A stretch of 62,447 nt of DNA, filler included, from Choristocarpus tenellus KU-1152 (lineage: Eukaryota; Protista; Phaeophyceae), in NCBI GenBank assembly GCA_964200185.2. It is 13 parts of 13 records of this genome, joined end to end, with 100 filler letters (N's around TTAATTAATTAA, not from the genome) between each part and the next. Parts side by side here need not be neighbours in the genome. Positions count along the whole stretch, not along the records: positions 53,533 to 57,086 come from CAXNAD020019301.1; positions 57,187 to 62,447 come from CAXNAD020011328.1; 11 more parts are not named here. The stretch is one strand, 5' to 3'. Shown piece by piece: positions 54,260-62,447 of this stretch; the stretch's first letter is position 1; each line of letters opens with the position of its first letter. Both the position numbers and the translations under genes were made by a program. The notes beneath the pieces were generated by a model. It did not search any database and was not told where the DNA came from. It was given only the letters and a program-made list of their open reading frames with translations.

Positions 54260-54420
54260 GAGAGTATATATATTATATTATATTGTGATGCCCTCTGACA
54301 TTTTGCAGATGTGTCAGGGGGGAAACCAATGAAAATTCAGTATATATAGAGTATATATATTATTATTATGCCCTCTGACATTTTGCAGATGTGTCAGGGG
54401 GAAAACCAATGAAAATATAT
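54260..54420 (-). repeat. Tandem duplication (~80 bp x2) of the hairpin+(TAA)n motif
   Basis: gagtatatatatt...tgccctctgacattttgcagatgtgtcagggggRaaaccaatgaaaat occurs twice. Confidence 0.9.
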
Positions 54421-54960
54421 GTATTGAATATTTAAGGAGTGTCCAAATAATATACATTTAGTGTTAGGGTTAGGTGTTCGAAATAATATACATTTACAGG
54501 TAAGTACCCTTCCATAACGTTAGACTGTTTTATAAGGATTTTCGACTACATTGGATAGTAGTAATACAATTTCATCTTGAAATCTACATACAGTTCTGAC
54601 ATGAAATTATGTTTATTCTTGAAGGAGACGAAATAGAATTATTACCAAGAAATATAGGGGTGGCGTGAAACAGATGGAAACAAGACGATAAGTTCTTCGT
54701 AATGAAGGGGAGCGGGAAGACCCATAGGAGGCAAGATCAAAGAGAAAGACAAGTCAAAGGAAGAGCAATTCCTCAGAAGATCACTCGGGAAACGAGTGTT
54801 CCAGTGGTAACTGAAAGAGGGGGGGGTCGACAAGGTCACTCCAAACCTCCCGATCTTATTTCAAGCAGATGTTACCTTCAATATGCAAGAACAAATGTCA
54901 TATGAATATCATAATCTTCAAGATAGGTCACCTTCAGGGTATACCTTCTGTGGAAGATGG

Positions 54961-55000
54961 TCTGACACATCTGGAAAATTCCAGAGGGCATAATAATAAT
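54961..55000 (+). repeat. Hairpin+(TAA)n motif, inverted relative to 54360-54400
   Basis: tctgacacatctggaaaattccagagggcataataataat. Confidence 0.8.
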
Positions 55001-55323
55001 CATGTGGAAAATGTCATATTGTTAAGGGTATCTATATAAGAGAAAACGGGATATAACAGAGGGTAATTGCGTTGTCGCTACTTTTCAGGCTATAAGAGAG
55101 CTTTCACTGTTTTCCTTCCAATTCTCTCTATATCGAGCAAACTCGCATTTTTTTTCACTACTTAAGTGAGGCGTTTCCATAAAGTCATGTCTAAAGTTAA
55201 GCAAATGTAACAAAGACACAAAGCTACTTCATACCGCACGACACAGCAGTCTTTTGTCTCTCAGTACTGTGCAGTACAGTAAATATAGTATATCACATCA
55301 AGTTTAGACGACTGCACTGTGTA

Positions 55324-56814
55324 CAGATATAACAATGCCCTGTGCAGCGGGATCCAGCTGCAACATACAGGGAAATACTCCTGATCCACCACACTATTCA
55401 TGCCATAAGTGTTACGTTTGTACGGCTATCTTCATGGCACTTGCAACGTCGTGGATCCTTTTGGGGCCAGCGAAATGAAACGCATGTGCAAATTGTGTGT
55501 GAGCCCTACCAAGCGCAAGGCTTCGAGTCCTCCAGCCCGTGACAACACAGCGTTGAAGCGTCATGATAAGAACAACAAGGGTAAGGGGAAGGTGTTGCCA
55601 AATAAGTCTACGGAGAGAGTCACGTCCTACAAGCCTCACGGTGCCGACAATCGTAAATGCTTGAACTTTGCAGATAAGGTGGAAGCGTTGGCACTCCTGA
55701 AGACTATGGCGGGAACTGAGGTTGCTCAAAAGTTTGGAAACGGTCGCAGCGCCCTCTACAAGTGGCTCAAAGTATCTGGGGGGGTGGAGGCTGTCCATTT
55801 GGGGGTCAATTTTTCCATGTCGCGATTTTGGGTGATTTGGTTGCATAAGTCCGATGGATAACGTAAATGCACCTTTCCTGTTTTTGGCCCAAATGGACAC
55901 CCTGGAGTAGAACCCCCCCCCCCCCCAGATACTTTGGGTCAGTTGAAGGAGTCAACAACCATTATGGAAAAAAAGCACAGACGCTGATGCCTGACGCCAA
56001 GTCTACAAGGGGTGCCAAAAATGTCGAGGTGCATCGGCATGTGGATTGAAAGTCTGAAAGTAGGTTGATTGTGATCATGATTGAATTGTCTTTCTGCACT
56101 GTCTGCTGATGATGAGGATCATGATTGAATTTTTCGAAATTTTGCACACATTTCTGTCGTACAGTAATGTCCGTACCACTGTGTATTGTAGTATCACGGG
56201 TGGCAATTTTGCTCGAGAGGTATGTCCTAACAAGTTGTCCCTATGTATTAATGAAGATATCTCCGATGCTCTTAACGCTCTGCACCTCAAACCTGGTGGA
56301 AAACCATCTCAGACTTCCATCGACGCAGCGAGAACATGGATTGCTGTGGAGGATAACAGTGAAGTGGCCAATGCGATACTAGAAGACATGAAAGACCAGC
56401 TGCTCGAGGAATCCTTGTACCAGTCAGATAATGAAAGCTCGCATGTCGAGGATGACGATGGGTTTATGGGAGGGGGCAGCATATCGGGGACTGTGAGGAA
56501 AGGAGCAGCCTCTTCAGTCTTCTCGATTCCTCCACTGCCGTACTCTCAAGTAGCTGACGAGTTTGCAAGCTTAGAAACAACCGCTGAAGAGATCAGGACG
56601 AACGATTTTTCGTACAAATATATCTCCAGAAAGCAAAGCTGACTTGACTCAGCGCAACCGGGGCATGGGGTAATCAAACAAGTGGACATTCCTATTTTTT
56701 TTGGCAGTCGCGATTTTTTATTAGCAAACAAGTTGTTTTACTCAGCACGTGCAATGGAGGGTCCATGGTGGTGCAGCTGCATTTGATCCACGGTGGCGTT
56801 TTTGATACCGTCTG
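55324..56814 (+). mobile_element. Decayed pogo/Tigger (CENP-B/Tc5-type) transposon remnant: N-terminal HTH and acidic C-terminus, no DDE domain seen; boundaries tentative
   Basis: RKCLNFADKVEALALLKTMAGTEVAQKFGNGRSALYK(LKE) matches the CENP-B_N/psq HTH. 56109-56642 resembles the acidic C-terminal tail (W..VED...ILEDM..DDD...P.YSQV..F..LE). Weak candidate ends TA|CAGA...TCTG|TA. Confidence 0.6.
55764..55940. mobile_element. MITE family B, full copy, TSD AGT, inserted in the transposase HTH coding region
   Basis: agt|GGCTCAAAGTATCTGGG...CCCAGATACTTTGGGTC|agt. Confidence 0.96.
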
Positions 56815-57186
56815 TACAATATCCTTGTGGAGTGCAATTGAATACCTTGGGCTTTAAATGTTGATTCGATATGTCTGTCTAGTCATCCAATGGCTTGCGG
56901 ATTCTTTTCTTGGGAAGGTGTACTATACATATGAGAGAATATATCGTAATGAGTGTAATTTACGAAAGTTGCAGTACTGTGTACATATGACACTGGTATA
57001 CTGTGCAGGGGCGGTGTAAATGTGGTGATTGCTGCACTACCACAGCTTCATCGAAATGTTCAATACATATCTACATGCAGCTACTCNNNNNNNNNNNNNN
57101 NNNNNNNNNNNNNNNNNNNNNNNNNNNNNNTTAATTAATTAANNNNNNNNNNNNNNNNNNNNNNNNNNNNNNNNNNNNNNNNNNNN

Positions 57187-59101
57187 CGCTTGGCATCCAT
57201 GTACAGGGCGTCAAAGCGGTCTGCAGCCCTGGCCTCTGCCTCTGCTTTTTTTGCGGAATCCTCCTCCCCCTGTGCATTAACATCATCTACGCCGTCCTCA
57301 TCGGAGGCTCTGCCCCTGCCCCTACCCCGGCTACGGCCCCTTGCTCTGCGGATGATTTCTGGCGCAAAGGTGCAGTCACGCGGGTTCTCGGCCTCTGCCT
57401 GCATGGCCATCTTCAGCTTCAAGTTCCGCTGCTTGGCATCTTGGTAAAGACTCTCCAGGCGCTCTGTGTTCCCAATGGAGGATGGACATCTATCTGAGCT
57501 CCCCCCTGCCATGCTGGCGCTGCCCATTGAGCGGCGACCTAAAACCTTTCCTGGAGTGACTGTCATGCCCGCTGCATTCTCACTCCTCCGCCTCTCTAGT
57601 CGCTCACTCGTATGGCGTGCCTGGTCAAAGAGCTTACTGTGCCCCCTTATTGGATTACCAGGGGAACCTTTGCTTGGCGTCGCTGAAACCTCAACATTGA
57701 TCTCCACACCCGCTGTAGCAGGGGTAGCGGCACTGTATTTGACATCAGGTTTGACATCAGGTTTAACATCAGGTTTGACACCAGATTTCACATCAGATTT
57801 GACATTGACAGTGCTGTTGGAGCTTGACTTTGGTTTTGGGGCAGCTGCTCTGGGCACTGGGGATCTCCGTTGTTTCACAGATGGGATAGAGGCCGGTTGC
57901 TCTGTCCCCGATGACTTCTGGGCCTCCAATGGGCTGGCAGGGGTCCCAGTCGACTTTGGCAACACTTTGTGAGAGGCAGGCGCTGCAGGGACCGACTCAG
58001 CAGCCAGTAGTTCTGAAATGTGCAAAGGATTCCTCAACTTGGAGGCAGACTGATCTAACCTTGCACCCTGCCCTCCTGATAACAGTGGATGGGGGGTCGA
58101 AGTTGCAGGGTCTGCCGCTGCAGCTGCACCAACCTGGGCAAGTGAGTAGCTCATTCTTGCAACATCGCCTGTCTGATGATCATTGCTCTTTGTCTGGGCA
58201 GGAGAAGAGGCTTGTGCAGGTGACAGGGATAGGAATGACTGCAGCTGCTCAGAGGCAAAGTTGCTTGAGTCACACTGAGCCGTCTCAGACCAAGGGGTGG
58301 CCGAATAACGGGCCTCACCATTCGTCTGCTCAGCCACTGAAACCTGTGCAGGTGAAGGGTAAGGCAATGCCTGCTCCGAAGGCACATTGCTTGGGGGATA
58401 TTGAGCCACCTCATGACCAGTGGAAACGAAAGTGGTGTCCTTAGTGAATCCCAGGGGAGCCTCAGAAAACCCATTTTCAAGTGGGCCTCCGTCCGTTTCC
58501 ATCTCGATTTCCCTTTTCCCATTCGCCTGCCCAATCTCCGAGACCTGCATGGATGAAGGATAGGACCCTAAGTCCTCCAAAGGCAAGTTGCTTTTGGAAT
58601 AGTGAGCAGCTTCAAGATCAGTGGGAAGGAAAGGAGGGAAATCCGAGCGCCCCAACGGTGCATCGGAGAAATTTTCTTTCAGTTGTCCTCCTCTCTCCAT
58701 TTCCATCCCGGCTTCATTGTCCTCTATGAGAAGGTCATGACTGTCGTCGGTGTCATCTCCATTCTCCAAAGACAACGAAGGCACGTTTTCAGTCATGGCC
58801 CCAGCTGAACCCTCCGCTGTGGTGTAGCTACTGGCACCACTACTGAATTGCCGTTCAGCTTCTTGTGCAGCCAGCAGTGCGCGCGCTTTCTGTGTTCTTG
58901 CCTCTCGCTCCTCCAATGTTTCGACGCGACCCTGGACGATGTCTAAGCCCTGGAGGGTCGGGGAGGGCATACGCATAAAGTTGTCACGGTTCCCGAAATT
59001 TCCGGATGCGGCCAAGCTCTCAAACTCCTGTTTGATTGAGGCTATCTTTTGGGAAAGCTGTTGCTTCTCCATCTCGTTCATGACGTTGTTCACAGCACCT
59101 C
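57187..59101 (-). CDS. Large coding exon (~640 aa) of a low-complexity/coiled-coil protein with CTFxP / RxxxLY repeats; 3' end off contig
   Basis: 1.9-kb GC-richer open frame with tAG acceptor at 59102-59103. Motifs RLESLYQDAKQR..DCTFAPEI and RFDALYMDAK, internal duplications, and a KPDV repeat. Confidence 0.8.
57738..57804 (-). repeat. 12-bp coding minisatellite (K[S/P][D/G]V x ~5)
   Basis: tttgacatcagg-type units encoding VKSDVKSGVKPDVKPDVKPDVK. Confidence 0.9.
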
Positions 59102-59719
59102 CTATCGAGCCAATATATATACGGGGTTGTGGATTTTGAGCATGGTGTCCCTAAGTACGTAGATTTTACCAATTTTTAGGGCTACAGCCATATACAACAC
59201 GAACATATCATTTCACCGCTATAAACCAACAGGTACGCGGTCATCGTAATTTTTGGCATATGCCAGTGCATTACACCAAGGTCATTCAATCATACGTTGC
59301 CCACACAGACTTTTGAACAGCATAGAATTCCGCCTAAAACGACAAAACTACGTATTGCTGATGGAAGTTAATATTTAGCACGGGTGAACTGTGTGCGAAC
59401 ATCACTCCAGCATTTTGAACCTTGCTTCGCTTTGATCGATCTGACCCGCATATGGCCCGGTCAAAACATCATACCTACCCGACAGGACCGAAAGATCACA
59501 TTAACACAACCCTTCCCCACCTTGGACATATCACGTACATCGATATCCCTTTATTGACCACTGCGCTTAAACAAGACGATCGCCCTCACTCACCTCGAGA
59601 TTCCGTTTCCTTTCCTCTCACAACAATACAACAGAGGTCCACAAAAACTTTTGTCTTGATTAGACTTCACCTCTACGGCCTCTTGAAGCCTAGGCCACCT
59701 CCACCGTACGTTCTCTTCA

Positions 59720-60065
59720 CCTACCCCTAATACACCAAACCTGCCACGAAATGACGCAGGGGTAAAGCCTAGACAAACAACTTCTAACTAATTGGAGTAA
59801 GGTCATCAGGTATTAAACACAAACAAAAGCGTTCAAAAATTCTTCGAGTGGTGACAGAAATCGTACATCATCCGTCCGTCCATCCAGTTTCTGTGGAGTA
59901 TTAAGTATCAACAATACTACTAAATGGTTTGAAAATAGTGTAAATTCTTTCACACTTGCCACATCTACCTTGCCTGATACAAAGTCACAGAGGAGAGTTA
60001 GATATCTGTCTAACTCGATTCCTGTGAGAGGAGGTCGACTTCGTACCTCAGTTACCTATGCGATC
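59720..60065. promoter_or_regulatory. Putative bidirectional promoter / 5' UTR region
   Basis: Lies between a minus-strand gene (possible small upstream exon ~59671-59720) and the ATM ATG. Positional inference only. Confidence 0.4.
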
Positions 60066-61671
60066 ATGTCTATCCTAGAGGAGGTCGAGATTCTATGCAC
60101 CTCCTTACGCAGCAATGGAGCCACGGCTCGCCGAAAAGCAATCAAGGACATATTGGAGCTTATCGAGAAAGAGTCCAATCGAGCCTCCTTGGCGACCATT
60201 CCTGCAGGGTATATTTCTTCATTTGAGGAAAATTTCCCTTGCCCCTCGATTGCGTATCCTATCTCACTGCATCAACGTAGTTCACATTGTCATGTTTTCG
60301 TTGGTACCATCACCTGATCGCGCCATGACATCTTCCGACTTCGCCTTGTTTCCATCTCAGCAACTGTAACTTACAAAAGTCCAATCAACATGTTGCTTGT
60401 TTTGCCATGCATGACTTTCGGCTCTCCTCACCTGTCCAGCAAGAGCAGCATGTGGGTACGACTTATCAAGAATGCCAAGCTCGCTGTGGACATGGAGGTA
60501 CACCACTTCAATCTCTGGGAGCTTTGCCCAGAACAGTCTTGGTTCATTTCGTTGTCAAACAAATCATTTTGAGATATAGAAAACCTCTCTCCCCTGAAAA
60601 ACGTATTTCTCGCGTTACCAAGATAGTTTAGAGTCTGCCATGCACGAATTGGGAATCCGTCACCAATCCGTTGTTCTAGCAAGTCTATAGATGGATGGGT
60701 GGATGATTAGATTTAAATAGACAGCATTTCAAACCCGCAGTCGCGACATGATCTCTACCATATATTCCTGAGTCGAAATTTCCTACTCCTTGCCCACTCC
60801 CGTTTTAACTTGGAGGGTTGTTACCAACCCATCAGCTAACCTGGCGTGGCATATCGAGCAACGGGTCGATGGGTCTCATTTCTAGTCCTCAACTACCCCC
60901 ACCATTTCCTAACCTAACCTCCAAACCTTCCTGTGCGATAAAGGTGGCCACCTCTTACAAAAAGAACCGCAAGCCTAGAAAGGAGGAGTCGGAATTCCTC
61001 TGGAAACTAGTGAGGTTAGCCGGTGAGATAAACTCGCATCCAGGAAACCTTGCCACACTCGGTACGCAGAAACCTCAACTAAGATTAGGGTCAGGGTTTT
61101 GACTGTGCCAATGTTATGGGTGGGGCTGTGTTGCACTTTTCTACTGGGCATGTACAATCGTTTTATACTTTCCAAGGGTGTTAGTTCTCTCCTCTATTTA
61201 TACTTCAAGCACTTGTTCCTTGATCAACCCACAATTTGCTGATCGACTACTATGAACAAAGCTTGTAACCTTTTTCCGCCTTCTATGCTGGCCCAAATCC
61301 CTGCTCTGTACCCCAACTCTAACTCTAACTCTTGCACACTCAAACCCACCGGAGAAAAACGTGTGATGCTTATTGACACGTGCGCGCGCGCACACACACA
61401 CACACACGCATGTAAGCCCTATCCCTAGCTTCTCTCAAATTTGCACGTGCTGTGCAACAAAGTGTTTGGAACTTAGGGCGTTGACATATAACCACCAACA
61501 TCCCACCCCCACCCCCATTCTATCTCGAACAAAACGGCAGATGAGAGATATCGTCAGTTAACTCCTGTGGTGTCAGAGCTGCTCGGTCATGTTGTCAACG
61601 TGCTGGTGGATGATGTGGCCAGAGAGGTGTACGCTCAAGATTACACCCAAATATTGTGCAGAGTGCTTGAG
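60066..61671 (+). CDS. ATM: ATM/Tel1 kinase, first exons (60066-60208, 60440-60497, 60944-61022, 61541-61671); continues beyond the window
   Basis: TAN-domain-like MSILEEVEILCTSLRSNGATARRKAIKDILELI, then MWVRLIKNAKLAVDME and LVRLADERYRQLTPVVSELLGHVVNVL..VYAQDYTQIL. Intron phases are consistent. Confidence 0.8.
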
Positions 61672-62447
61672 GTGATTGAAAAGTGATGCGTAGTAAGTGA
61701 AAAGGGTGTGCCCGCCCGCTCGCGCATCTTTCAAGAGTTGATATGTGTATGTCGATGTGTACCTGCATCTTTCAAGAGTTGATGATGCATTAATAGCTCT
61801 GGTGAAAGGGTACAGTAGCTGCTTCTACCGTTGTGAAGTAGGGTTTAGGGTTATATACTTCTATTTTAAAGATAGTTGGACGAAGTGGTTAAGTAACCCT
61901 AACCCTTGTGCGCTGTTGCGTGTCCACTTAATAAAACAAAAATATTTGTGGATTTGTGGATGCTTCTCCGGTCGGGACAAGGAGAGCATACCACCGTTCT
62001 GCACCATATCAAGAGGAGCCGACAAAAACAATAGCAGAAAAGACTCTTGTGTGCTGCTTGAAACGATGACCTTCTCCCCTACGCACATCGTTTCAGTTAC
62101 ATCCGAACAGCATGTCCAACAACCACAAAAAAAACGGACGATACTCCTATACTGGACTTCTAGACCGGCTCTACGAAAGGTACTTCAGTAAAAAATAATA
62201 AAGAAAAGAAATCCGAGGCGAAGCACTGTGCCCTGAATGCGTTTTTGAATACAAGTAAGAGTATCTGCAGCAACAGCATTTCCAGCGAGCTTTTGTTCAC
62301 GAGGTGTCTGGAAGTAAAGATAAAAGTATCATATTTTTTTATTCCCTTCCTTGGTGGACCCGACTGTTGCTGCCCCCCTCCCCCCCCTTTTTTTTGTTCT
62401 CTACCCCACCGATCGTAATCAGAGACAAAAGGAATGTGAACACCCTC

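Noticed and set aside
54260-54420. Palindromic ~35-bp repeat twice with ~45-bp spacing (CRISPR-like)
   Set aside because: The flanking and intervening sequence is duplicated too, so this is a tandem duplication of a dispersed repeat.
57190-58808. Several plus-strand ORFs of 68-177 aa
   Set aside because: Antisense shadows of the 652-aa minus-strand exon.

Overview
This is eukaryotic, intron-rich nuclear DNA, most likely from a stramenopile alga (brown alga or close relative). That assignment is inferred from gene architecture and protein style, not proven. The window is not one locus: 13 contig pieces are joined by 12 artificial 100-bp spacers (N44-TTAATTAATTAA-N44), so adjacency across spacers means nothing. 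Recognisable host genes are tRNA-Lys(CUU), the 3' part of a SET1-type H3K4 methyltransferase, a parallel beta-helix protein, a PI4-kinase-like fragment, the 5' end of ATM/Tel1 head-to-head with a large low-complexity gene, and several unidentified exons. Repeats comprise two related MITE families with 3-bp TSDs, a decayed pogo/CENP-B-type transposase split by a MITE, a decayed restriction-like-endonuclease (RLE) non-LTR retrotransposon about 50 bp upstream of the tRNA, a recurrent hairpin+(TAA)n motif, and an unclassified repeat family. The most striking item is a ~570-bp AT-rich pseudogenised bacterial insert at ~16738-17305, on the same contig as the spliced SET1 gene. It fuses an internal piece of dapA to an internal piece of tgt, and both look Rickettsiales-like, which suggests endosymbiont-to-nucleus DNA transfer. 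No database searches were run; homology calls come from motif recognition.
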